Source: Bilabrum cf. latius | Taxonomy: Eukaryota | Direction: 5' to 3' | NCBI GenBank assembly: GCA_965178125.1 | Contig: OZ237772.1 | Coordinates: forward strand, 372,001-436,000 | Length of the DNA: 64,000 bases | Shown: positions 13,408-25,960 of the stretch, one piece after another | Layout of the letters: every line of letters starts with the position of its first letter | Position numbering within the stretch: position 1 is the stretch's first letter | Program-made: the position numbers and the translations under genes | Notes under the pieces: model-generated | The model's input: only the letters and a program-made list of their open reading frames with translations | Told to the model about the DNA's origin: nothing | Databases searched by the model: none

Positions 13408-16150
13408 ATTGGGAATAAAGGTGGCTGTATTGCTAAGGAAAGGGACGAGTTTGGCATCGGCTGGCTTTGGGTCTACTTGTTATGACAAGAGGAACAAGCA
13501 TGATTGCCTGGCCAGCCTGGCTGCCAAGTGTGCCTGCAGAGGCTGGCACTCGTCACGAACTGTAACCAACCCGTCGGTGGATCAAAACGAAGCCTATCTG
13601 GAATGGTCTGAGCTGCCTTGCATGTTCTTTCTATCAACGATATTTGTTGTTAGTATTGTCCATGCTTCTGGCGAAATAGGAGGTATTTTCGACAGCATAC
13701 TGCACAATGCTCCGCAGACTGCAGGCCTAGTTGCGAGCAACAGCACGTAGAATCATTTTCGCTGCAACGGTGAGCAACGTCATGCCTTCCGGCTTGTAGC
13801 AATAATGTAATTATACGTATCTGCTCGCGTTGCGGATAAACTGTTCTTGTATTGCAGCAACGTGGCTAGCAAGTCCAGCAAGTGCAAGCCTTGGCGCAGG
13901 GCCTGGATATTTGCGTGCGCATCGTATCTTGAATTCGTCATTAGAGAGACTTCGTAAAATAGCTGGTCAGTAGTCAGCGACGAATCACCCGTGGCCAGGC
14001 GACCGGAGCAACGGATACCCAACTGGTTGGGCTCGCCTATCGTGGCCTGCGCTACCAGGGCGATCCCCGCCACGCAGACCGTTTCGCGGGTCGTACGCCA
14101 ATAATTCGTTTGTATCGATGATCGCCGTCCCTGCAGCGTCATCAGACCAACATCAGCGCCTATCGGCCGGACCGGGTCCAACGGAGTGGCCTGCCTTTGC
14201 CCCTCCAGTGCGAGCAGCAGAACCGTACACTATCGAGCACTGGGTTCTGGAGACGCAGCCCAAGCACCAAGGGCTATCCCAGTACACCAATCAGATGCAG
14301 CTGTGGTCTAGATCCAACAACGGAATCAAGTCAGGCACACAGCCAGAGTTTAGCGAGGTGGCTGCAGCGGGCTATCCCGAAACTGTGCAGCAGTCCTCCC
14401 AGCTCATGACGATGCGAAGACTTTCTCCAAGCATGGACGGTACGTGCACTTCTATCTCGATCGTGGACTGCCCCCGCCGCACGTTTGACCCGGACTGCAC
14501 CCCCATGGACGAGCCCATCCCCCTCAACGACACGTGCAGGCAGACGGTGCTGTGGCCCAAGACGTTCGGACGTGGTAGCAGTAGTACGCAGAGCCTTCCA
14601 AATAGAAGTACAAATGGGTCATGTCCCGCCCCAATCGTGCCTTTTGAAGGCAACATGGACGGGTACACTGCATTGCCGCCTGGAAGCATGGGGGACCCCC
14701 GGGGCTGGGTGCATTCCACTGCAACGTGTTCCCCCAGGACCATGGATGGGAGCACTCGCGGAGAACTTGATGCACGCGGTCGAACGGCCGTGTGGACCCA
14801 GTCAGTCACGACAATCTGGCCCCCCGGCACTGTAGCCGTGCTGCCAGTTGGCCCGAATGCAACCGCTTCAGGGGATGCAGCTGACTACCCGTGGAGGGTG
14901 AATAGAGGACACGTGGTCACTGTGGTCAGCAATGTACCAGCTACCCACGTTTACACCCCTACTACATCTGACAGGGCGTCATTTCATCATAGCAATACTC
15001 ATGGTACCACGTCATATGCCCCGATGTAGTGCGGGTCTGAAGTGCCGTACGTGCCAGCTGCACCAGATGCCCAGCTCGTGTTCCTTGATGACGCCTCCTG
15101 CATCGCCTCCAGGTCATGCAGGCCAGACGTGGGATCCTCCACCAACGCCAGCAGCCCACAGTACAGGCAGGCCGTGGATGATTACGTGACATCGGACATC
15201 GCTCAACTGTTTCCCATGGGCATAGTGGGGTGCGCGGTGTCGTATATCCTGAACCGAGAGGAGTACAACTCTGACTTGCTTCCGGTAGACATGCCGATCG
15301 CACAGAACGGGGCCGGTTTTTCCTTTGGGTCCATAGCTCGTAGCTATTTGCCAGGGCCAGAGTATTCCCCAGCACTTGCTGGACGGTGGAATGCGACTCT
15401 GTCCACTCCACGGGCACAAGGTGTCCAGCAAGGAAATACGAATTCTAGCAAATCGTTGCTTTATGAAGGAACCATGAGGAAATCGGCTATTGATGTCGGT
15501 TAGACATTAGGTCCTATCATGCCGAATGCTATTCTACACGGCCCATACGCCGTGTACCGAGGACCCGTCCCGCACCGCATGCTGCCCCCATCTCCAAATA
15601 CCACCCTGCCTCCCATCAGCAGAGGACGATGGGCATGTGCTCGCACTGCCCCGCAAGGGTACTTCCAGGAGCGCCCCTACTGCCTGGCTATGTGCGACGA
15701 TCCCAGCCACATCGCGGTGGATGTGGGTCTCGAGCGGGATGCGGGGCTGGCTGCGGCTGGCATCGGGGCAGGGGCAGCGGGTGCATCACGAGATGGGTGG
15801 GCTCTGGTGGCGAGCCAGGCGCGTCACTGGTACTCGTACTGGCTTGGGTATCCTGGTCTGGTGCAGGACGAGAGGGTGTACGGGAACGATCGGCTGGCGC
15901 AGGTGCCTGCACTGGGGTCTGTGCATCCGGTGGTGAATGGGTTGTCTAGCCCTGTGTATCGAAATCTCACTGCGCCAGACGGCAGTTCAATTGGATTGCC
16001 TGGTCCGCAGATGTCATGCATGCCTGACGACGACGATGTGTGGCACCGGTCGTGGTCTCGATCGTCCCGATGGGCACAGCGCTTACCTGTAGGCAGGGGC
16101 TACGTTGAATTCAACCTGAGCTTCGATGCGGCTGCGTGGCCGGCAGCTGT
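11950..16150 (+). repeat. Segmental duplication, copy 2 (3' part of C, intergenic region, 5' half of D)
   Basis: Direct sequence match to 1-~4163. Similarity to B drops after ...FDAAAWPAAVPL. Confidence 0.9.
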
Positions 16151-19100
16151 TCCTCTCGGAAATCGCGGCTCGCCGCCGGGTCTCAACTGGCCTGTCCCAA
16201 CAGCGGCCCAGCTGGAGTGGCTAGAGGATGACATAGAAATGGATGTGGCTGATATGAGCGGTGGGATGTAGTGCACTACGAATGCACTTGCACTCGGAAA
16301 TGGTCCTGCTGAGCCAGGCCAGTGGCCCTGTTCTGAGGCCGAGAGAGAGACGGGATGGTGTCAACGGCTGCCAACCAACGTATCAGTCCAGTTGGTCTGT
16401 GATGGAGACTAGCCGTCACCCACGGCTTCAACTGGCAAGGATGTCTCGAGACTTCCAGCAGACAAACTCAAACAGCGGGTCCTGACCGCAGGCAGCGTGC
16501 TGCATCGAGTGGCGAGGAGGATCAGCGGAGGACCAGATGCTGGGCTGGCCGGCGTGTGGATGCTGGCCGCAGATCCTGAATCCGTCCGGGTTTGTATTGA
16601 GCTGCCTGAGCTTCCTGCGTATGCCGGTATACGATATGGACTCGAGTGCAGTAGCACGACTCAGGACCTGAGCTCCCGCTTTGCGCACGGCGTAATCGCC
16701 GCTGGTGGTGGTCGCACTGCCCTAGTGCTATCGATGGTTTACCTGGCTGGACTCGTCACGATCGCCGCAATCGTGAGGTGCCCGCACTCGTCCTCGCTGT
16801 TCCTTCCATGGGTCGCGCTTTTGGGTCAGGGATTTGGATGGTGTGCGGTGGGTGCACTGCATAGCGCTGCGCTTGGCCTTCCTGCCATAGCGCTCGGGGC
16901 ATGCATGGCCGCTGGTATTGTGGTAAGGTCCGTTGTGCTGCTTGCCGGCGTGTACCCGCTGTCTGACTGCAGAGACATCAACTTGTACAGTCCGCGCGAA
17001 GCTACAGACAAGTACGATTGGTTGAGAACGTATGAGGACGGCGGAAATGATATCCAGCTGGCAGTTATCGCATCCGAGGACGTGTAGACTGGGGCTGGGG
17101 CAGGTGAGGTTGAAGGGGTCGACGAAATTGCAAGGGTCTAGTTTGGTCCCACTAGCAGGACCACGAGCAGGACAGGCGACAGGACTGGCCATACTCCACC
17201 GAGACAGCCATTGCGCGCTAGTAAAGCGGTCAGCAGGATCGGGTAGCCCCCACTCCCACGTAGCGGCAGGCACTCCCAGAGCGAACTCTCCGCACAGCTG
17301 CAGCCACTTCAAGAGTCAGAGGCTGGGTTGGATGGACCGAGCCACCGTGCAGCGCTCCGTAGGACGCACACAGTTTCACTGCAAACTGGCAAGTTGGTCA
17401 GGAAAAGGCAGCGCTCAACACCCTCAGCGGAATCTACGCCATCCAATCGAAGTAAGGGAACGACAGGTGGCAGCGGCAGCACCAGCAGCCAGGGCAGCTA
17501 GTCCGACATCGTGCACGACGTGCTATTCGGACCCCCGCCTGGCGGGTAGAATACGAAGGGGCATGGCACAACTGGAGACCTGCCAGGTGCTATGGTCTCC
17601 TTAGATACGCCAATGCCGGGCCTTTCCCCGCGGATTGTGGCTGCGCGAAGCACCCAGCCCCATATGCCGGGCCTCCATTCTGCCGGTCTGAGGAGGAAGG
17701 GATCCGACAGGCGACTCGAGAAAATGCTCACGATCACAAGCGTGGGGTCTTCGCAGGAGGAGGCGGTAGCTACTGGTACTGACACTGGCACTTCTCCGCC
17801 ATCCAATGACTCTTCATCTTCACTAGTGCGACAGAGCAGTGCCGGCGACACGCCCCAATTCCGGCTACAAAGTCGAGGTGGTAGTGTCCCGGGAGCACAG
17901 CGCGGCCCAAACCGATGGGCCGTGGACCTCAGTAGGGGCTCTGGTATGGGGACTGGCCTGGACGCCGTGCACGGGAAGTCGCAGCCCATCGTTCCGACAG
18001 AAGCGGGAAGCAACACGACCAATCCGAAGCTCACTCACGGTCTGTCCACAGCTCCTGGCAAACGGGGCAGCACCCCGCTGGCTGCATCGCTCGAAGCATC
18101 TAGCATGCCGGGCTCTTCCTCCCGCGATGGGTCTCATCCATCCTCTGACCCCCTGCTGCACCTCAACGCTCGCAGCCTCAGGCCTCAGCAGGAGGCGTCG
18201 TCTGGCTCTGGAAGCCACGGCCAGCAGTCGACGAGTACCTTGAATCGCGGGCTAGGACAGGGTGACGCAAATGGAACGAGCGAGGAAGTGACCGAGAGCC
18301 GAGATTTGGGTTCCAGCTTAGGACCCTCCGATGTAATTCGCAGGCAGCTGGCTGAGTTGAACATGAGCAAGCTGGACACTGCCCAATAGGCCCGTTGCAT
18401 GCCATGTTGGTGCGGCTGTGCTCATTTTCAGCTGCCTTGGGCTGGTCTCCCTTGGCTACCGCCGATGGCACACACTGGTGCATATCCTCGCGCTGTCCAC
18501 GGCCTGGGAGCGGCACTTGCTGTGCTGCAGTGGGATGCACTCGAGGGAACGATGCAGGCGTACGACATCTGGCGGCATAGGCAGTTGCGGTGCTGCAGCT
18601 AGCGACTCGAGTCGTAGGCCTTTGGCACGAGACAGTCTCTGCTGGATTCTGACAATGCAGCAGACATCGTAATGCCAGTTGGGGGTACTGCACTCCATAA
18701 TGATGATGCCACTAACCGGGAGGCGGCAGTCGCCACACCGCGGAGCGCAGAGGCCACAACAGAGGCTGGCATGGCACACGGAGGCCGTTTGCCTGGGAAG
18801 TCGGCAAATCAACAAAGCCGCGCTGCGCATACAACGACGACATCTAGAGAGGAACGCTCACCGCTGCGCGAAGGGATGAGAACTTTTTGGAGCATTCGGT
18901 CAATGCGGAGGGATTGCATAATCGCTAGGCTTTTTCGGCTGTTTGACGGCATTGCTGTGCTCGCGATCGTCACGTGGGCCGTTCTTTGTTCTCTGGGCCA
19001 GTGCCCCACGGGTGCCTGCATGCGTGACCCCGGCAGCGACCTCGCCCAGCTGCCCCCAGTGCTGCTGCTGTGGGATCGCGTGGCGGTGGCGGGGGTGGCC

Positions 19101-19175
19101 ATGGTGGCAAACACGCTATGTGCAGCGACAACTGTGGCGTGGTCGCTCGCTGCAAGGGAGATTTTGCTTGTTTGA
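13622..19175 (+). CDS. Paralog D, ~1820 aa; join(13622..13769,13858..19175)
   Basis: Same signal peptide and intron (GTGAGC 13770..TGCAG 13857) as B. ORF pieces 14118, 15042, 15519, 16497, 17592, 18399 and 18672 share one frame and are joined by TAG (~14). Ends TGA 19173-19175 after the family C-terminal TM module. Confidence 0.75.
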
Positions 19176-19846
19176 AGAAAAATGAGAGATTTCGGGCTCT
19201 GCATCCTATGTGTGAGCATGATACCTATGCAAGGGAAGCGCCGGGCAGCTCGCTCTGGAGAGCATGCACGCATCCAAACTTGAATTCCACTGCATGAGGC
19301 GGAAAGCGAAATAGCACAATGATCCTGCAAGCTTGGCCTGCCGGCATGCATTACCAATTTCAATGACAAGGTGCAGGATATCCAGATCGAGCCATACTGT
19401 GCGACTTTGGTGGAGATCAATCGGGGAGAGTTGGTTGACGCTTCGTATCCACACGCAGAGACGACATCCACGGCTCCTTTTGCGAGAGCCCCGTATGTGT
19501 CTGCATGCCAGTCCTAAACATTTGCCTCGCCTATAGAGCCTTCATGCTGCTGCTGCGGGTCCGTGCAGGGACAGCAGTGGGGGTCGCAAATACACATCAA
19601 TGATTGTACTCTTGACATGTACATACAAACTGTCTGGTACCGTAAGCTACAATTCTAATCAAATGCCGACCTGCCCCTGAGAGGAATCAGCAATATGGGC
19701 CATGCCAATCGAGCCGCCCCGGACGCCGGCAGCAGCCCACAGTGCGTTGCTAATTCCGGTTTCGCAGGAACCACAATTCTGGGGCCGAATTTTCATTGTC
19801 TCACCACCTCTAGCCGCCTTGAGGTATTCAGCTAGTCCGCAATAAG

Positions 19847-22800
19847 ATGGCCACGAAACCATGGCCCAGAGCTCGGTTCGCGATCGATCGGTGAGCAATG
19901 CCGCGTGCGTACTTTGCAGGTGCTAACAACATCTCTACACTACTTCGGCTCCACTCTGTGCCAGTGAATGCCTTGATTGGCATCAAAGCGATGTACGTAT
20001 CCTCTACATCCATGATTTTAACTTGTGCAGGGGCGGTACATTTACCGACGTGTATGCGGAGGTGCACGAGAAGGATGGATCAGTCAAGCCGATCGTAAAG
20101 AAGCTTTTGTCAGTGGATCCATCCAACTATAAAGACGCACCCAGGGAGGGAATCCGCAGAGTACTAGAAGAGATTACTGGTAAGCCGCATCCTCGGGACA
20201 CGCCACTGGACACTTCCCACGTGGATTCCATCAGAATGGGGACGACGGTGGCCACGAATGCTCTCTTGGAGCGACAAGGAGCACGCACCGCCCTGATCGT
20301 CACACGCGGGTTCGCTGACCTACTCGAGATTGGGACACAATCCCGCCCTGACATTTTTGACCTCAAGGTATCCACCCGGCCCCCGGTGTACTCTGTGATC
20401 GTGGAGGCCAGGGAGCGGGTGCTGCTCTCATCCGCTCCCCATGTGGACGAGGCAAACGACCCCGTGCTGATCACCCATAGCAAGTTGAATGATAGCACGG
20501 ATAGCGGAAGCGGAAGTGGGGAGGGTGGCAAGGCCGGTGGAACCGCCCGCCCTAGGATCAGGTGCCCCAACGGAGACGACGTCGTCGTGCTGGAGAAGCT
20601 TCACGAACCTTCGCTCAGGAGCCAGCTGCAGCGGGCGCGGGAAGCTGGCTGCACCAGTGCAGCCGTTGTGTTCCTGCACAGCTACGCCTATGGAGAACAC
20701 GAGAGGAGAGCCGGCGAGATATGCCGAGACATTGGATTCGAGCACGTCTCTTTGTCCCACGAGGCCATGCCTGCCGTGAGGGCAGTGCCGCGGGGTCACA
20801 CGGCCGCTGCCGATGCATACTTGACTCCGGTCATCCGGACGTACTTGCGGTCGTTTCTAGGGGGCTTTGATTTCGCATCTGGGGACCAGGCAGGGGAATC
20901 CGCTGGCGATGGGGTTGTGCGTCTGCCTCGGGGGGCGCCCGAGGTCCTCTTCATGCAATCGGACGGTGGATTGACGCACGTGGAGGGGTTCAGCGGGCAC
21001 AGGGCAGTGCTGAGCGGGCCTGCCGGTGGGGTGGTGGGGTATGCTCTGGCGACGTATGGGCAAGCAGAAGAAGAGGAAGAGGAGGAGGAGGAGGAGGAGG
21101 AGGAGCTCGGTCAGGTAGCTGGAGCGGCAGCAGAGTCCGTTGACTCCAAGAAGTTTCCGGGGAGGAAGTGCCGCCCGGTGGTTGGATTTGACATGGGCGG
21201 CACCAGCACTGACGTGTCCAGGTACGGCGGCGCCTTCGAGCAGACGCAGGAGTCCGAAACTGCGGGGGTGCAGATGCAGGTGCCCCAGCTGGATGTGCAC
21301 ACAGTGGCTGCTGGCGGGGGCAGCAGGCTCGTATTCAGGGACGGTCTATTCGCTGTGGGCCCCGAGTCTGCAGGGGCGCACCCGGGTCCAGTCTGCTACC
21401 GTAAACCCGGTGGACTGCTGGCCGTGACTGACGCGAATGTGGTGCTGGGTCGGCTGCAGCCATCCATGTTCCCAGCGATCTTCGGACCCTCAGAGGACGA
21501 GCCTTTGGATGCTGAGGCAGCCACGAGTGCCATGGAAGGTGTGACGAGTGAGGTGAACCGGCACCGGCGTGCTGCATGGGAGAGGTCGCAGGGCGGTACC
21601 GGCGCGGGGGCGATGGCAGCACCCGCTGACCTCACCACGGAGCAGGTGGCGTCGGGGTTCCTGAGGGTGGCCAATGAAGCCATGTGCAGGCCAATCCGGG
21701 CGCTGACTCAGATGCGGGGGCATGACGTGTCCACGCACGTGCTGGCCTGCTTCGGCGGTGCGGGGGGGCAGCACGCCTGTGCCGTCGCCCGCAACCTCGG
21801 CATCCGTACGATCTTCGTGCACCGGTACAGCGGTATCCTCAGCGCGTTTGGGATTGGGCTGGCACCGGAGGCAAGGGAGGCGCAGCGACCCACCACCAGC
21901 GTGCTGGCCGTGCCTGCTGGTAGTGTGACGGGTGAGGAGGGCGATGTCGTGCGCCCGACCAGCGAGTCGGATGTGCTTGAGGGGCTTTGCAAGGACCTGA
22001 TGTCGGTGGGCCAGCAGGCCGTGGAGCTGCTGGACTAGGGAAGAAAGGAGAAGTAGGCTGGGGATGGTGATGGTGGTTGTGGTAAAGAGGCAGGGTCAGG
22101 GACAGGGGCGGAGCGCGGGGCCTGCGTGACCATGTACGTGAACCTTCGATTCAAGGGCACAGACACCGCCAAGGCAGTTCCGCTTCGCCTCGGGCTGGGA
22201 AGTGGGGCTGGCAGCGGGTCTGCTTCCGGATCTAGCGAAGGTGTCGATTATGAGCAGCAGCAACAGGAAGAAATAGAAGAGGAAGAGACTCCTTGGGAGG
22301 CCCTGGCCGGTGCAGAGGGCTTGGGGGCAAACGAGGCAGGCAAGGCGCTCGTGGCGGCACTACAGGCCGCACCCGAGGCATTCACTCGGGCTTACGAGAG
22401 AGAGTACGGCTTCGTGCTGAGGGGCAGGGAGGTGATCGTGGACGATGTGAGGGCGAGGGCGGTGCGGAGGGGGAGGGGGCTGGTGCGGATGGAGCTGCCT
22501 GACGCTGGGAAGGACGCCCCGCTGCCCGCCCCCGAGGCGACTGTTTCGGTGTATTTCGACTCCGAATCCGGGGGTGCAGACGGTGGGGGTTCTGTGGGCG
22601 GGGCCCGCCTGCCAACCCCTGTCTACGCGCTCCGATCGATGCCTCACGGGCCGCGCCTCCCGGGCCCCGCCATCCTCCGCGATGACACCTCTACTGTCGT
22701 GGTGGAGCCCGGCTTCGTGGCGCAGGTCACGAAGCACGGCGACATTCGGATCGACGCCGCCAAGCCAGGCGCTGGCAAGCGCGATGTGACGACGGGAGGA

Positions 22801-25020
22801 GCTGCCGCATCCAATGCGGACCAGCATGCAGGAACCGGAGCAGGAACAGGAGCAGGAACAGGAGCAGCTGCTGGGCCTTCCACCGGGCCGGACCCGATCC
22901 TACTGAGCGTGTACGGGCACCGGTTCATGTCGATCGCGGAGCAGATGGGCCGCACCCTGCAGCGCACCTCGATCAGCGTCAACATCAAGGAAAGGCTCGA
23001 TTTCTCCTGCGCGCTGTTCGGGCCCAAGGGAGGTCTTGTGGCGAACGCCCCGCACATTCCCGTTCACCTGGGCGCCATGCAGGAAGCAGTGCGCTTCCAG
23101 CTGGAGTACTGGTGCGGCGGGTCACCATCGACGAGCAGCGGCGGGTCACCATCTGGTTCAGAGAGGGAGGGGCTGTCTGACGGAGATGTGCTGGTAAGCA
23201 ACCACCCTCAGCTGGCGGGGGGCAGCCACCTGCCGGACATCACCGTGATCACGCCGGTGTTCGAGAGGCCGGGCGCGTCCACCAGCAAGGGTGACATGCC
23301 CGCTTTCTTCGTGGCGTCCAGGGGCCACCACGCCGACATCGGCGGGATTACTCCCGGGTCCATGCCCCCGCTCAGCACGTCGCTGGTGTAGGAGGGCGCG
23401 GCTATCGTGGCCTTCAAGCTGGTCAGGGGGGGCAAATTCCAGGAGGGGGGTATCCTTAGGCTGTTGGCCGCCCCGGGGGAACAAGGGATCGAGGGGTGCG
23501 CCGGGTGCAGGAACACTCACGATGTGACGAGTGACCTCAAGGCGCAGGTAGCGGCGAACCATAAAGGGATCCAGCTCGTCCGCGGGCTGATGCAGGAGAG
23601 GGGGCACGGGGAGGTGGAGGCCTACATGGGGCACATCCAGGACGCTGCGGCTGCGGCGGTGCAGGGCGTGCTGGCGCGGCAGCTGGAACTCAGGGGGGAC
23701 GTGGTCGGTGCGGAGGACGGAGCGGTGGTGGGGGACGGGTCGGTTCCGCTGGAAGCTACCCTGCGCGGCGCCGATCAGCTGGACGACGGGACGCCCATCC
23801 GACTCACTGTGCGGATTCGCGGCCGTGGGCGCAGGCTTGCGTCACGAGCCAGTGCTGGGTCTGGGTCTGGTGACGCAGCCGGGGCAGCGGCAGTAGCAGC
23901 AGATGGAGGCAGCTTCAGGGTGGACGACCCTTCCAATGTAGCGTGCGAGTTCGATTTCTCGGGGACGGGCCCTCAGGTCCGGGGCAACCTGAACGCTCCC
24001 CCGGCCGTGTCCTATTCAGCGGCCATCTACGCACTCCGCTGCATGGTGGAGAGAGACGTGCCCCTGAACCAGGGCTGCCTCAGGCCAGTGCGGTTCATCA
24101 TACCAGAGGGCAGCGCGCTGAACCCCTCGGCGGATGCCGCGGTGGTCGGTGGAAACGTGCTGACGTCACAACGGGTGGTTGACGTGGTGCTCCGAGCGTT
24201 CGGAGCCGCCTCCGCCAGCCAGGGCTGCATGAACAACACCACCTTCGGGAACGAGTCCCTCGGGTACTACGAGACGGTCTGCGGGGGATGCGGGGCCGGT
24301 CCCACCTGGCAGGGAACAAGCGGGCGCCACTCTCACATGACCAACACTCGCATAACCGACCCCGAGACCCTGGAACTGAGATACCCCGCCATCCTGAGGC
24401 GGTTTCACCTCAGGCACGGGAGCGGCGGGACAGGGGCCAACCGAGGGGGTGATGGCGTGGTGCGCGAGCTGCAGTTCCGTGCACCTCTCGCGGTGTCTCT
24501 GCTGACGGAGCGGAGGGCGGTGCGGCCATGGGGCCTGCAGGGGGGTGGGGCAGGTCTTGCGGGTCTCAACCTCTTGTTCCGGTCTGACGGGGACGGCGGG
24601 TTGCGACCGGCTGTGAGTCTGGGATCCAAGGCCACGGTGCAGGTGAGGGCCGGGGATGTGATCCGTGTGTGCACCCCGGGGGCGGGTGGGTATGGCTATG
24701 CGGCGGGTGATGCTGCAGGTGCTGGTGCAGTTGCATGTGATCGAGTGTAGGAGGGTTAGGATGAGCAGAGGGGAGTGTCTCCCGAGTGGGCAGCCCCGCT
24801 ACCCCTGGGCGCGGCTTCCCATCGGAGTCCGGTGAGTGACGGGGGCGTTGATGCCGATGGGAATGGGGAAGGGGAGGGTGGGAGGAGCGCAGATGCGCCG
24901 GGGTCAGACCCATGGGTGCAGCGGTGGGCGTGGGGAGCGGGCCGCGGTGCACACGCAGGGAAATAGGGGGTACTGCGGGCGAGCGCGGAGCAGTTGCTCG
25001 GGGGCAGCGGCGGGAAGTGA
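19847..25020 (+). CDS. OPLAH: 5-oxoprolinase (ATP-hydrolysing), hydantoinase A + B fusion; join(19847..19890,20031..25020)
   Basis: Spliced N-terminus FAIDR|GGTFTD (intron GTGAGC 19891..TGCAG 20030). Motifs [99 protein letters not shown]. In-frame TAG at 22036, 22054, 23389, 24748, 24757 and 24964; first TGA 25018-25020. Confidence 0.95.
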
Positions 25021-25207
25021 GCAAGATACAGAGGGCCGGGCGAGCGCACAGGGACCGGAGAGCGATGAACTGTGATTCTCATCAACGCATGTGCGGCAAA
25101 TATGACAATAAGTTTGGGTATGAAAACGTGATAGACATTCCTCTGCCTAAATATATTGCTTGTGTTGGCTGTTCATCCAATACGGAAGGAAGTCCTTGCT
25201 CGCTCCA

Positions 25208-25754
25208 TCACACTCTGAGGCCCATCGCAGAGAAATCTGTCGAAGGATCCCAGGGGCCCTGCACGCTTTCTGTGACTGGCAACCTAACTCCAATCCTGGC
25301 TTTTCGCCTTGCTTCCTCGGACCCTTTCCGCGTGTACGTGTAGCCGCGACGTCCCATAACGAATCGCATCCTGTGGCTAACTTCCATGGCTGATAAGTTG
25401 TCCATCGGATGCTATCGTACCAACCCGTTTGCTGCGAAACTTAAACACTCAATTACACTTCTGGACGGACGTTAATCGCAGACGTCAATGCGTACAAGAG
25501 CAAAGCACTGGCTGCACCTCACCGTAGATTGCTTGCACCAAGGCCCGAGTCTACCCTGCCTACTTCACATCAAACTATACTTCAGGAAACTATTTTGCCA
25601 GAGGCACAATGTCATGCCGGATGTACTCTCGCATCCCTGCGCTAGCGTCGCTGCTTCTGCAGTACCTCATCAAGACCTTGCTAATGCCATACTTTGCCCT
25701 TCTTGAAGCCATAGTTGCAGCAACATCTAGTGCTTTTGAACCGGCCGCTGCCAT
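25208..25754 (-). CDS. MRPL43: Mitochondrial ribosomal protein mL43-like (L51/S25/CI-B8 fold), ~151 aa; complement(join(25208..25431,25523..25754)); alternative ATG at 25712
   Basis: Translation ISKVLMRYCRSSDASAGMREYIRHDIVPLAK*FPEV*FDVK*AG*TRALVQAIY|ANGLVR*HPMDNLS...ESVQGPWDP matches the mL43 pattern (YC..S.SS.GMREFI...P.V.F; Y.NG..R; SIQG.W.P). Intron GTGAGG 25522..CGCAG 25432. Five TAGs; ends TGA. Confidence 0.75.
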
Positions 25755-25960
25755 AGCGATTGGGTGCCACTAAGATAGTGTCTGAAGCAATATATCTCCT
25801 GTGTTGCGCTTTCGTGTTTTTCACACTGCACGTTACAATGTACATATTTCGGAGCCAAAAAGCCACGTCAGGGATCTTCTTTCTCCTTTCACATACTGGT
25901 ATAGAGATGCAGACGGTATTTACATATGCATAATTGATTCTTACCTTATATACTGGTAGG

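Noticed and set aside
1-19175. Repeats as LTRs or transposon copies
   Set aside because: The repeated units are intron-containing, signal-peptide-bearing membrane protein genes, with no RT, integrase or transposase motifs and no terminal repeats.
19176-19846. Possible small minus-strand gene between paralog D and oxoprolinase
   Set aside because: Several short open frames exist, but I could not build a convincing spliced model or recognise a product. Left unannotated.
23380-23410. TAG codons removed by tiny introns
   Set aside because: The conserved motif runs colinearly across the TAG ([22 protein letters not shown]) with no spare sequence and no GTRAG donor. The same holds at 42673, 43853 and 34030.
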